Shown: one piece after another, positions 25,863 to 39,039 of the stretch | Position numbering within the stretch: the stretch's first letter is position 1 | How the letters are laid out: every line of letters starts with the position of its first letter | Assembly (NCBI GenBank): GCA_030390025.1 | Contig: CM059425.1 | Location: 169,138,001 to 169,202,000 of the forward strand | Direction of reading: 5' to 3' | DNA: 64,000 bases | Source of the DNA: Squalus acanthias | Taxonomy: Eukaryota | Notes under the pieces: model-generated | Told to the model about the DNA's origin: nothing | The model's input: only the letters and a program-made list of their open reading frames with translations | Database searches by the model: none | Program-made: the position numbers and the translations under genes

Positions 25863-28604
25863 CTTGCTGCCATTTTTCTTTCTCAGTGCACTCTGTCTTC
25901 TGGCAATTTGTTTCCACTTCTTTCTTACTTTCACTGGATGTTTTACAGTCTGGTTGTTCTGTCTGCTCAATCGGACAGTTGGTCACAGGTGTCACTTGTA
26001 AAGATTTGTTTTCTCCATCCATGTCTCTTTTCACTGTTTCATTTTCTTCCACAAGATTCTGAGTGTTGTCATTTTGGTCAGTACAATATTCCATGTCATT
26101 ATGTTGCTCGTTATTCTGTTTAGTGGCAAAGTTAAGATTCATTGTTTCGCCATGGAAGTGTTTAAGAGGTTTGTTCTTATTTTCTTCACAAGTTGAGGAA
26201 TCTGCACTCTCATTGTTTTGTTCAAGATCATCCATCATTGTGGTAAGAGAAACCTGGGACAGATGTTCAGTTGTAAGAAAAGCATTAAAGTCTCCCACAG
26301 TATCTGAGGAAGTACTATCTGGTTCAAGATCAGACATTTCTGCTGTATTTGATTCACTGAGCAGTGTACCTTCCTCATTACATTCTCCAAATGCAGAGAA
26401 ATTTTGTGAAACATCAGCATTCTTTTGAATAATTAATCTTTGATCAAGAATCCCGATCTGTAATATTGTCACCGAATGTCTTCTCTTCTTGAATTCAGCG
26501 TTTTTATCTGCTGTCATTGTTGTGACACTACCATCCAACTTAGAAGTGGTATCCAAAACATCTGCAAATTCTGATGTTGAATTACTTGCATGGCCCTTAT
26601 TAGTTACATAGTCACTTGTTGAGTTTGGTGAAGGTGGAGTGATTTGAATCTGAAATTGTTCATTTGTTAATGTCATATCCTCAACTAACTCACTAGGATA
26701 GTCACTATCTAAAGTCTCTTCATCAAAACCACTTTCTGTAAAGTCACCCTGCTCCTGGGGATCAGCAGATTGCCTTGAATCTATGTCTCTATTAGTAATA
26801 ATTTTCATTCTTTCCTCAGGGAATGTATTTTGATGGGAGCACAAATCTGTCCTAGAAATGTCAGTATTCCTTTTAAATTCTGATTCAGAACTTGGATTCA
26901 GATAGAACACATCATCAATACTTTCTTCAGATTCAAATCTAAATGAACCAGGATTGTCACCTGCTAGCATAATAGGACTTATTTCTGGGGATTTTATGAG
27001 ACTCAATGTGCCTGATGAAGACCAGCGGTTGATTCTACTCCCAACATAGGAATCCTTGCAGTTTCTTCTGCCTTGTGTGTTGTATTCTTTAAAATATATA
27101 TAACTCTTAATATCTTCAATAGAAACTCTCTCTGGTTTACCTTGTTTCCTGGGAAGTGTCTGTATAAAGAAAGGGGGAAGAGAAGAAAGTGAAGAATGCT
27201 GCTGTCCTTGGTACAACAGGTTTGGAATTTCCTTCCATTCCATCTGGAAAGCAACATCGATAGTATTCATATCTGGGTATGTTTTCCTCCTTACTGTTAG
27301 TTGCTTCTGACAATTACTTTGTGCAGTTGAACTGTCTATATTATCAATGCTGTTATTTCTGAACCTTATTTTATCTTTGCTAAAATCATTATTTGTAGAA
27401 CCTGTTCCGAATGGTGTGGGGAGCTCTTCTGAGGCTTGAACTCTGAAGTCACATTCAGATAAACTTGTCCAAATACCCATGGTGCATTCTTGTCTAATAT
27501 CTGTATAAGAGAATTGGGATCTTGGATTCGGGAAAGCATTTCCCACCATTTTGTTCTGGTCTGAGGAAAAATGTCTCTCAGAACATGCTGATGTAATAGG
27601 TGAGGTATCAGATTCACTGCCATAGTTCTCTTGAACTAAATGAGTGCCTTCTTGAGTCTTATTGAATAGTTTTATATCTTCACTGCTATCTGCAAACTCC
27701 TCAGGGGGTGGGATATTCAAAAAGCAATCTGTATATAGACTTTGACTGGATGTGTGCTCTTCAGGGTGCAAACTATAGTCTGACAGTGTGCATGAACTGC
27801 AAGATCCTTCTGATGCCAGGTAACTATTGGGATATAAGATTTTGTCATTGTTATGTTTCTTTCCATATGTGAAATTTTCATAACAGTTTTGTTCACAAAT
27901 TGAAATATTATCCCTGTAGCTGAAGTTATTTTTCCCAGACACCTTCAGGTCTGTGTCATTTGTTGTTATGCTAAGTTTTAGCCAAGAATTTCTGTTAGTT
28001 TGTCGGTCACTGTTACACTTGACATGAATTCCATTGTTTAAAGCTGCAGAACAAGACGACAGTGAATCGTGTCTTTGACACTTTGAGCACTCATTTTCAT
28101 CTAACGCGCTTCCTTTGTTTCTTATCACAAAAGTAGCTCCATCACCAGAAAATGAAATGTTTCTGATTTCCACTTCGACACTGGATAAATTGCATTTCAC
28201 CTTGGCAGTGGCCTCCTGGTCTGTATTGTCAGCTTTTGTTTGCTGTGAAGGCTGATGATGCTGCAGAGTAATTCTGCTTGACTCGATTATTTCTGGATCC
28301 AACTGTGAATGTTCTATTGTGACTGTTATTATTTTTGCTGGAGCTTCTTTAATCAATGCCTGGAAGGTGATTTTGTCCTCTGCTGTCTCTACTTTGTAGT
28401 CCGACGCATTTTGTTGCATTTTGGATTTGAATGCACCTTGACAATTTTTCTTGCTGTCATCATCGCTGCTTTCCTCGGATGACTGTGTTACTCCATTTTC
28501 TGGTGGAGCAGTTGTATTTTTTCTGGCAGAGTTCATGGATTTTTCATCTTCTACCATTTTAGTAGTGGCGTTCTGACAAACGGGCTGGATTGGCAAACTG
28601 CCAC
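25863..28604 (-). CDS. PDZ gene coding exon 2: 2742-nt exon, Ser/Glu/Asn-rich, probably disordered
   Basis: Stop-free 917-codon ORF in unique sequence; acceptor ttttcttttaAG|GT, donor CAAG|GTatga; phase 1-1. Confidence 0.88.
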
Positions 28605-29109
28605 CTTAAAAGAAAAATTATATTCAGTTAATGTAAAGGTCATGTCAGTATTTTTTATGGTTTTACAATTTATAAAAGACAGGTTAAAGTTTGTCATTAG
28701 AAAGTGTGGGATAGGAAAAGCCATTCAGCCAATCAACCCTACTACTTCCACAAGCTATGTACAATCTTTCCTATTATTGACTCTGCCACATCCATTTAAT
28801 CTTTTGAGGAAAGGTTCTATATAAATAGTGTTTGATCCTCAAAGGTAAGGAAACAAATTTCTTGAATGTCCCTAAATCCTCATATTTCTGTTACTCGAAC
28901 CTGGACAACCTCATTGTGTCCTGTGGAGTATTTAATAATCTCAGTCTATACCTAACCCAATAACTTTCCCACTTTCAACAAGATATCTATCCAGGTTCTC
29001 CCTGAAGCAGTCAGTCAAATCAATCTTAGTTACGTGTAGTGGGAGTGTGTCACGTGCTCCACTTTTTCTTCTTTAGTTTTAAATTTTTTTCTCATCAGTT
29101 TTCGACATT

Positions 29110-30665
29110 ATTTTTTTCCCATGGGTTGGTAATTGGTTGGGAGGTAGGGGACAGAATGTAGGGATAAAGGGAATGTTCTCTGATTGGCGGGATGCGACAA
29201 TTGGTGTTCCCCAGGGATCTGTACTGGGGTCTCAGTTTTCACCGTATATATTAATGACTTGGGTGAAGGGGTAGAGGGTTGTATATCCAAGTTTGCAGAT
29301 GACACTAAGTTAAGTGGCTCAGTAAGTTGTGTAGATGGGAGCAGGAAGTTAAAAAGAGACATAGATAGATTAAATGAGTGGGTAAAACTATGGGAGATGG
29401 AGTGGAGCAATGTGAGGTCATCCACTTTAGGTTCAAGAAAGACAAATCATAATATTTCCTTAATGATGAGAGACTAAGGGCTAGAAATTTGCTTCCTTTG
29501 CGCCTCCCGTTAGCGCCCCATTATCGCCCCCCTGGAGGCACTAACGACTTACTGCCCGGGCACGGCGATGTTACTGCCGCCCGCGAAATTCACCTGCCGG
29601 TTTGCGACGGTGGTAACCCCTAGCGCCACGATCTCCTGCGCCCGGAGATCGTGACATCATCGCCGTGCGCATCGCCCCAGTAGCGCCCCGGACCCGAACT
29701 TCGGTTCCGCCCCCTGCAACATCGCCGGGCGAAAACACCGACAGCTGCAGGAGGCGTTCTTCGGGAGGCCGGGCGCTTCGGGGGCGATACTCAAAGGCGA
29801 GGTAGCCGAGGTAAGTAAAAAAAATTCTGAAATGCTCTTTCTCTTTTTTTTTCCTTTGTCTTCGCCAGCGATCAATCAGCCCGGCACTCTGCTGCAGTGC
29901 ATCGGGCGCATCGGGCCGGATCGGGCCGGATTGCAGCTGCCATCAGGGACCAGGTAAGGTTTCCCCTTACAGAGTCTGCAGCGATGGCCCTTCCCTTTAA
30001 GGGAGGGAAGGAGCCTTCCAACACGGCAGTGCTGCACGGCTCAGTGTGCAGCGCTGCTCACCTACCGCCCCGCCTGCTGCCTGTTGCGCTCCAGGAAGGA
30101 AGTGGAGTGCTTGATTTAGCGCTCCACTTCCTTCCTTGAGCACTAAAACCCAATTTTATTAAAGCTGGGAATCATTAGCACCTGCCGCTAAGTTTAGCAC
30201 CTTTCAAAAGTTACCGCCCCCAAATGGAGTGATACTGAATTTCTCTCCCTAGGAGCTGTGGGGGAGCAAAAGGATTTTGGTGTCCAGGTATGCAAATCAC
30301 TAAAAGCTAGCACAAAAAGTAATCAAAAAAGGGTCAAATGGAATATTGGCCTTTATCTTAAGGGGGAGGGTTGGGATTTAAAAGTGAGGAACTGATGCTT
30401 CAGTTGTACAGAGACTTGGCCAGATCCCATCTGGAATACTGTGTTCAGTTTTGGGCATCTGTGGAAAAGTATATTGGCTTTGGAGCTGGTACAGAGCAAA
30501 TTCACCAGAATGATACACCGGCCTAAAGGGCTCAATTATGAGGAGAGGTTGCCTAAACATGGTTTGTATTCCTTTGATTCAGAGGGTTGAGGGGTGATCT
30601 AATAAGGTGTTTAAAATGAAGTTACAAATAAATTATTTCCTCTGGTGGAGGAATCCAGAACAAGG
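29110..30665 (+). mobile_element. Degraded CR1 RT fragment split by a MITE
   Basis: YINDLGEGVEGCISKFADDTKL; resumes after 30250 with HLEYC-like block. Confidence 0.8.
29478..30249. mobile_element. GC-rich Harbinger-type MITE
   Basis: Termini gggctagaaatt / aatttctctccc; flanks TAA/TAG; homologous to 48558-49302. Confidence 0.75.
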
Positions 30666-32330
30666 AGGCCTTGCCAGCGATGTCCACATCCCGAGAATGA
30701 ATTAAATAAAAATTCCTACGGATCTCTCTAATCCGCCTCCTTTATTATCTTTTATATTTCTCCTAATTATATTATAGCCTGGCATGTTTACTTTCTGATA
30801 CATCAGTTCAAAACTCACTTGCTGCAGCAAAAAAGAGGTCCAGGGTTTTTTAATTCCCGGGCTTCCGGGCGGGAAGTGTGGAAATTCATGTGGCTGAGAG
30901 GCCGCTCGCTGAGACCAGGTAAGTGATGAGATCGGCTACCGGGCCCTCCCATAGGGAACCCCGGGATCGAGAGGGTGGGAGTGACATTGCGGCAGGGGAG
31001 GACTATGATTTCCTTGTGGGGCCCGGAGGAGCAAGGCTTCCTACTGAGTTCACGAATTTGGAAAATGATACCTTGTATGTTTGTATTATTGCAATGCAGC
31101 TTTGTAGTGAGCCTGTAACGTTGCTGATTAGTACATGCTAACCACATGACACACTGTTTTTAGCTGCCATTATATCTCATTCCTGCCTCATTCCATCTTC
31201 TATTAATCCTTCACCCAGATACATTGTTCAATCTATCCAGCTTCTACCCCTCCTGAGTCTAGCCTTGGCTTCTACACCACTCTCTCCCAGGTTCACTTGA
31301 GTGCTCCAGGTCTCATCTGAAGTGCTCAAAATCTGCGCTCTCCCTGGTCCACTCCCTCCTCTTGCATTTTCCTGAGCTCCACCTTCACTCCTGCTCCCTG
31401 GCTCAGGCCCAACTCCCAAAATCTGGGACACAGTGGAATACTGCTGCAGACCCAGAGTGCAAGTTTTAAGTGTACTGGCACCACATCCTTCCCCTTCCTT
31501 CACTCTCCTAGTTCAAAACTCGGAGCCCCAAAGCGAGCCACTGCTGCAGATTAGGAATGCAAGTTTTAAGCAGACTTGTTCAGCTCGATGACCAGCAGAT
31601 CAGCTGACTTACCAAGTGCTGCTTTCAAAACAATTAAAGTAGGGCAGCAGCAGGATCAGCACTTGGGAAATCAATGAATCCATTGGTCCAAAGGGTGAAT
31701 GAGCCTGTTTTAATACCCCTCTGAAACTGACCGCAACTTCAGGATTTCGGTGTTTAGAGGTGCATGCGCCAAATCCTGAGGTTGTGGTCAGTTTCAGAGG
31801 GGTATTAACGGCGAGCGCTGACAGTTTGCAATCATCACCCACTGCAAAATCCGAGCCATTCAAAATCAGTAAAATTGGATAAGCATGTGGGGAGGCAAAA
31901 GGACGTAATGTAATACAGAAGATAGAAGAAACAGAAAGCAGGACAAACTTACAGAAAGAGTGAGACAGAATGAGAAAAAGAGTTAGAGAGAGAGGTATAG
32001 AGACAATTAGAGAAAGTGTATAAGAGCCTTACAGTTGACAGAAAGAGTGAAAAACATACCGAAAGAGCACAAAGGACACAAAGAATTGGACAGCAGGAGA
32101 TATAACAGTTACAGGCAGAGAAACCCGATTTTAAATTTATTTTTGTTCAGAGTATCTCTATTGGTGTCAAATTTAAACAATTCAAAATACTCAGAATCTA
32201 CTATGTTTGCAGATGATTATTATTTAATTTAATAATTTGTTACACAATATTTTATCTTTAACGTTCTTCTGTCATTAGCTGTATTTTAAGGTTGATGACT
32301 GTCTCAGAACAATCTTGAGAGCCTACTTAC

Positions 32331-32388
32331 TCTCTTTGGAATTGGAACATTTCCTTTTTCTACTACTTCTCCTCCTTCTCCGAGTCAT
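32331..32388 (-). CDS. PDZ gene probable first coding exon (exon 32425-32331, ATG at 32388)
   Basis: ttttaAG acceptor; aagATG; MTRRRRRSSRKRKCSNSKE; A|GTaagt donor in phase 1, matching the large exon. Confidence 0.7.
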
Positions 32389-33089
32389 CTTCAGGCAAGT
32401 TAAAGGCTTCCCAATATATACAAACCTTAAAATTTTGAAATCATAAATAGATATATAAGTAACAAGTACATATAGTAATAGTTAATAATAAAAACGTTAT
32501 TTTTTCAAATGTCAGTTTTTGTATGCGATTTAAGGGCACTAAATAATAGTGAATCAGCAATGACTCTAATCCTTTCTTTTTCACTTTTGGTAAATGTGGG
32601 GTCATTGTTTCTACGATGTTCTCTGACACCAATGTGAGCTGGAGATTGACTTTTACTGCTCGCCCCTATCTGACACCATTCTTGAAAATAGGCAAAATTG
32701 TGATGAAGTGAAATTGTACTGTAAGATGACTTTGAAAAACAACCTTCTATGGTAAGATTAATGTTGACAGTTCTTTTACAGTTACATTTTATCATATTTT
32801 GCTGACTTTTCTTCTATATTTAAGGAATATGTTAACAACCTCCTCCGCCCCGCCCCAAATAAAACACCTGCCAGTTAATTAATTGAACTACAATCTTCAA
32901 CTTATCTCCAGTGCAAGGACCACTGACATGGGAGAAGCCGTGTTAAATGTCCTGCCACTTGTCACTGCTCAATGTTATTGCATTTCTGGATTTGAACATT
33001 GTGCTTTGACTATATTGAATTCTTAAAAACTTCCCAATTAAAAAGAGCTTATTTATATCAGAGTAGTTCAGAAGGTTTTACTTTAAACA

Positions 33090-34815
33090 ATATCAATAAC
33101 GAACTCAGCAACTTGCATTTATATAACAACTTTAACATAGGAAAATGTCCCAAGGCGCTTCACAGGAGCGTAATCAGACAAAAATTGACACTGAGCCAAA
33201 GATGGAGATATTAGGAGGAGTCATAGAGTCATAGAGTTATACAGCACAGAAAGAGGCCCTTCGGTCCATCGTGTCCGCGCCGGCCATCAAGCCCTGTCTA
33301 TTCTAATCCCATTTTCCAGCACTTGGTCCGTAGCTTGTATGCTATGGCGTTTCAAGTACTCATCTAAATGCTTCTTGAATGTTGTGAGGGTTCCTGCCTC
33401 TACCACCCTTTCAGGCAGTGAGTTCCAGATTCCAACCATCCTCTGGGTGAAAAAGTTTTTCCTCAAATCCCCTCTAAACCTCCTGCCCCTTACCTTGAAA
33501 CTATGCCCCCTGGTTATTGACCCCTCTACTAAAGGGAAAAGTTCCTTTCTATCTACCCAGTGACTAATAGCTTGGTGAAAGAGATAGGTTTTAAGGAGGA
33601 TCTTGAAGGAAAAGAGCGTGATGGAGAGGCAGAGAGGTTTAGGGAGGGAATTCCACCAGTGGTGGGGCGAAGGGAGTAGGTGATGCATAAATTCCAGAGT
33701 TGGAGGAATGCAGAGTTCTTGGAGGGTTGTACGGCAGCAAGAAGTTACAGAGGTGAGTGGGGTGGGGAAGGTGGTGCGAGGCCATGGTGGGATGAGAATT
33801 TTAAATGCGAGTTGTTGGTGGACTGGGAGCCGATGTGGTCAGCGAGCACGGGTGATGAATGAACGGGCAGCAGAGTTTTGGACGAGCTCAAGTTTATGGA
33901 GGATGGAAGATGGGAGGCCGGCCAGGAGAGCACTGGAATAGTCGAGTCTGGAAATAAAAGAAGCATGGATGAGGGATTCAGCAGCAGATGGGCTGAGGCA
34001 GGGGCATGGAAACGTGACGTAGGCTGTGTTTATGATGGCGAGGATATTGGGTTAGAAGCTCAGCACAGGGTCAATAGGATGTTGAAGTTGTGAACAGTCT
34101 AGTTCAGCCTGAAATAATGGCTAGGGAGGGGGATGGATTGGTGGTGAGCAAACAGAGTTTGTGGCGGGGCCAAAGACAATGGCTTGTCCTCCCAATGTTT
34201 AATTGGACGAAACTGTGGCTCATCCAGGATGTTGGACAAGCAGGTTGACAACACAGAATTAGTGGATGGAGTGAGAGAGGTGCTGTCAGAGATTCTGTGA
34301 CTACAACTGGATAGGTAAGAGTGGGATCAGGTGAGGGCAGTTCCACTCAGCTGGACAATGGAGGAGATGCGTTGAAGGAGGATAGTGTAGTCAACTGTGT
34401 CAAAGGCTGCAGTGAGTTCAAGAAGGATGAGAATGGGTGGTGCACCATGGACACAGAGGATGTCATTTGTGACTTTGTTTAGGGCCATTTCAGTACTGTT
34501 GTAGGGGCGTAAACCTGACAAGAGGTTCAGAGAAGGAGTTGCAAGAAAGATGGGCATGGATTTGAGAGGCAACAACTTTGTTCAAGGACTTTGGAGAGGA
34601 AAGCAAGATTGGAGCTGTGGCGGTAGTTTGCACGGACAGAAGGGGTAAGGGTGTTTTTTAAGGAGGGGATGATAGCTGTTGTTTTGAAAGGGAGCAGAAA
34701 AGTACCTGAGGAGAGCTTTACAATGTCAAGTTGCGTAGTGGCCAGAATCGGATGTTGGGAGGTCAGCAGTTTATTGGGAATAGAGCCAAGAGAGCAGGAG
34801 GTGGGTCTCATGAAC
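33090..34815 (-). mobile_element. Degraded L2 LINE with a nested CR1 3' fragment (about 33220-33558)
   Basis: L2 tail aacttgcatttatat; SGLRPYNSTEMALNKVTNDIL, LELTAAFDTVD; CR1 TRGH..FFTQRMVGIWNSLP insert. Confidence 0.8.
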
Positions 34816-34819
34816 ATGT

Positions 34820-35297
34820 TATAGAATCATAGAAGCATAGAATAGTACAGCACAGAAGGAGGCCATTCGGCTCACTGAGTCTGTGCTGGCTCTTTCGAAG
34901 AGCAATCCAGTTAGTCCCACTCCCCCGCTCTTTCCTCATATCCCTGCAGTTTTTTTCTCCTTCAAGTATTTATCCAATTCCCTTTTGAAGGCTAATATTG
35001 AATCTGTATCCGCCACCCTATCAGGCAGTGCATTCCAAATCCTAACCACTCGTTGCGTAAAAAAGTTTTTCCTCATGTCGCCTCTGGTTCTTTTGCCAAT
35101 CGCCTTAAATCTGTGCCCGTTGGTTATCGACCCTTCAGCCATTGGAAACAGTTTCTCTTTATTTACACTATCTAAATCCTTCATGATTTTAAACACCTCT
35201 ATCAAATCTCCTCTTAGCCTTCTCTGCTCCAAGGAGAACAACCCCAGCTTCTCTAGTCTTTCCACATAACTGTAATCCCTCAACCCTGGAACCATTC
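34820..35297 (-). mobile_element. CR1 3' fragment
   Basis: RLEKLGLFSLEQRRLRGDLIEVFKI..FFTQRVVRIWNALP. Confidence 0.88.
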
Positions 35298-35311
35298 TAG
35301 TAAGTCTAAAT

Positions 35312-37325
35312 AAAAACAGAAAATGCTGGAAATACTCAGCAGGTCAGGCAGCATCTGTAGAGAGAGAAACAGAGTTAACGTTTCAGGTCGATGACCCTTC
35401 ATCAGAACTGGAAAAAGTTAGAGATGTAACAGATTTTTAAGCAAGTGTAGGGGCAGGGAAAGGGAGGAGGAGAGGAAAGAACAAAAGGGAAGGTCTGTGA
35501 TAGGATGGAAGGCAGGAGAGATTAAATGACAAAAGGGATGATGGTGCAAGGCAGAAGGAGATGGTAATGGGACAAGTTAATAAACAAAAAATTACTCTAG
35601 ATGAGGTGCAAATGGCACTGGCGGAATCATCAACAGCTGCCATGTGAGAGAAAAAAAGAAAAAAAGAAAAAAAAAAGATAGGGGCAGAAGTTATGGTCTG
35701 AAATTGTTGAACTCGATGTTGAGTCCAGAAGGCTGTAAAGTGCTTAATCGAAAGATGAGGTGCTGTTCCTTGAGCTTACGTTGAGCTTTGTTGGAACAGT
35801 GTAAGAGGCCGAGGACAGAGAGGCCAGGGTGGGAGTGGAGCGGAGAATTAAAGTGACAGGCGACCGGAAGCTCGGGGTCGCGCTTACGGATTGAACGGAA
35901 GTGTTCCGCAAAGCAGTCACCCAATCTGCGTTTGGTCTCCTCAATGTAGAGGAGACCGCATCGTGAGCAGCAAATACAGTATACTAAATAGCAAGAAGTA
36001 CAAGTAAATCGCTGTTTCACCTGGAAGGGGTGTTTGGGGCCCTGGACAGTGGGAAAGGAGGAGGTAAAAGGGCAGGTGTTGCATCTCCTGCGCTTGCACG
36101 GGAAGGTGCCGGGCGAAGGGGAAGGAGTGTTGGGGGTGATAGAGGAGGGGACCAGGGTGTCGCGGAGGGAGCGGTCCCTTCAGAATTCTGAAAGGGGAGG
36201 GAGGCGAAGATGTGTTTGGTGGTGGGATCACGCTGGAGGTGGCGGAAATGATGGAGGATGATCTGTTGAATGTGGAGTCTGGTGGGGTGAAAGGTGAGGA
36301 CAAGGGGAAGCCTATTGTGGTTCTGGGAGGGAGAGGAAGGGGTGAGAGCAGAAGTATGGGAAATAGAACGGACACGGTCAAGGGCCGTGTCAACCACGGT
36401 AGAGGGGAATCCTCGGTTGAGGAAAAAGGAAGACATATTGGAAGCACTGGTATGGAAGGTGGCATCGTCAGAGCAGATGCAGCAGAAATGGAGAAACTGG
36501 GAGAATGGAATAGAGTTCTTACAGGAAGTGGGGTGGGAGGAAGTGTAGTCCAGGTAGCTGTGGGAGTCAGTGGGCTTATAGTGAATGTTTTTCAATAGCT
36601 TATCCCCAGAATTGGAGACAGTGGAGTTGAGGAAGGGAAGGGAAGAGTTGGAGATGGACCATGTGAAGGTGAGGGAAGGGTGGAAATTGGAAGCAAAGTG
36701 AATGAAATTTTCTAGTTCAGGGCAAGAGCAGGAAACGGCACCGATACTGTCATCAATGCACCTGGAAAAAGAGGTGAGGGAGGGAACCTGAGTAGGACTA
36801 TAACAAAGAATGTTTCACATATCCCACGAAAAGGCAGGCAGAGCTAGGACCCATGCGGGTTCCCATAGCAACACTTTTAATTTGGAGGAAGTGAGTGGAG
36901 TCAAAGGAGAAGTTGTTCAATGTGAGAACAAGTTCAGCCAGGTGGAGGAGGGTGGTGGTGGATGGGGACTGGTTTGGCCTCTGTTCAAGGAAGAAGTGGA
37001 GCGCCCTCAGGCCATCCTGGTGGGGGATGGAGATGTAGAGAGATTGGACGTCCATAGTGAAAAGGAGATGGTTGGGGCCAGTAAACTGGAAACTGTTAAA
37101 ATGGCGGAGGGCATCGGAGGAGTCGCGGATGTAAGTGTTCCTGCCTTTACACTTGCTTAAAAATCTGTTACATCTCTAACTTTTTCCAGTTCTGACGAAG
37201 GGTCATCGACCTGAAACATTAACTCTGTTTCTCTCTCCACAGAAGCTGCCTGACCTGCTGAATATTTCCAGCATTTTCTGTTTTTATTTCAGATTTCCAG
37301 CATCCGCAGTATTTTGCTTTTGTAT
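35312..37325 (-). mobile_element. Penelope-like element (RT plus GIY-YIG, frameshifted) with inverted terminal repeat
   Basis: MDVQSLY..IPH, AMGTRMGPS, YKPTDSHSYLDYTSSHP..SIPFSQ, LVYCICCSRCGLLYIEETKR; ~140-bp inverted repeat; flanking direct repeat tagtaa(g/a)tctaaat. Confidence 0.92.
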
Positions 37326-39039
37326 TAGTAAATCTAAATGTTGAGCTCAGAGACGTCATGAGGGTAGATGGGAGAGAAACTAGAGACAGGTGTGGGAACA
37401 GGATGCTTTAAAAATTATAGTAAAGTGCACTTTTCATTATAAAACTTTCATTAATAGGGCTACTCCATAGCGGTGTGGAGATACAATAGGTTGCACCTGT
37501 GATTCAACCACCCATCTGACTTGCTGATTCCACTGTAGGAGAACTGCTGCATAAAGACCAACAACGTCAGCACCTGTGGGAAGGAAATGTCCTTTCTGGA
37601 CCGTAGGAGCAATTGTTGCACAGGGAGAGAATGGGGCGGGCGGGGGTGGATGTTCTCATGAATTTGTTTTGGTAAGGGCTCTGTCTCTGATATCTCCCGC
37701 AATCTTTATACCTGGTTACACCTCAGTAAAGACCATTTGCCGGTGGTCAGGTCAGAGGGGTAGCAAAGGCCTCGGGAAAGTCGCCCAAAAGCAACTCAGC
37801 TGCAGTTGTTTTGTGACCTGATTATACCAGGAAAAAGAGGGAAAAAAGTGGGAGACTCACAGAGTCTCACAAAAGCAAAATGATTATTCATAATATTAAA
37901 TACAATATTATACCACGAGCATTTAAATTTCGGAAAATAACAGATTTGAATTTCACCATGTTAACATTATTATTTGGCCTCACAAATCTATACAAATCTG
38001 GCTATATTTCTTACCTTGTTTAACTCGGCTGTTCCTAAACCCTGCAAGATCTGTCTCTGTGGTGACCCATGCCTAACAGTCAGGAACAATTCTTCAGATT
38101 TTGAAATCAGAAAGAAATTCAGAAGTTCTCCTGTTCTTATTTCAGTTTAATAGATTCCAGTCATTCAAAAAACACACCTCAGGGACACTGCTGAGGTTTC
38201 AGGGAGATATGTTTCCGTGGAGGCAATCACTATCACAACCTTTGTTATTTGCCTCTCTTTGCTTGTTCCAGTTACTGTTTCTATTTTTGCCTCTAAGCCC
38301 TGAAGCTGATTATTCGACTTAATCCTTCAGAGCTTTAGACATGCTCTACCTGTGTCTTCTCCTGGGACTGGTGTACTTTTTACTTAAAAGTCTCCTTGCT
38401 TAACTGAAGAGCTGCAATTATAAAGAAACAATTTACATTGTTGTTGCATCTGATTATTCTACTGTCTTCATTCTTCTGCAGCCTGTTAAACAGATTTGTC
38501 TTCATTTTTCACATGAGGAACATTCACCATCACAGATTAAGGGCCAGGAAATGGCAGTATAAGAGAGCATTACACTCATGTCCAGGTGCGGTGCTGTATT
38601 CTTGGAAGCTTTCTAAGCCTGTCCTTAGCCAAGAGGCCATGTAATTGCAGAGCAGGGTTTATTATGTTTGGCCTTAAGCTGTAATCGCAAGAATTATGTA
38701 ATTTTCCAAATGTATACAAAAATGTGAAATTTACAAATGCAAGCTTCTGTGTTTTATGGAGCTATATTAGAAACCAAAAGAAAAGTAATGGTGCAATTCA
38801 TCTGCTGCACCCTATCTAAAAAGTAACACTTGCTAGATGTAATGTAGTATATAACTTTAAAAAAGCTGCAGAAATTCTGGAAGATAAAATCTGTCACAGT
38901 TTCCTGTGTTCTGAGGACTCTTAACCGCCCTCTGAAGTAGCCTAGCAAGCCACTCAGTTGTATCAGGGCAACTAACCAGCAACGCTCACATCCCGAGAAT
39001 TAATTAAAAAAGAATTGGAGATGGGTGAGGCTGGAGGCC

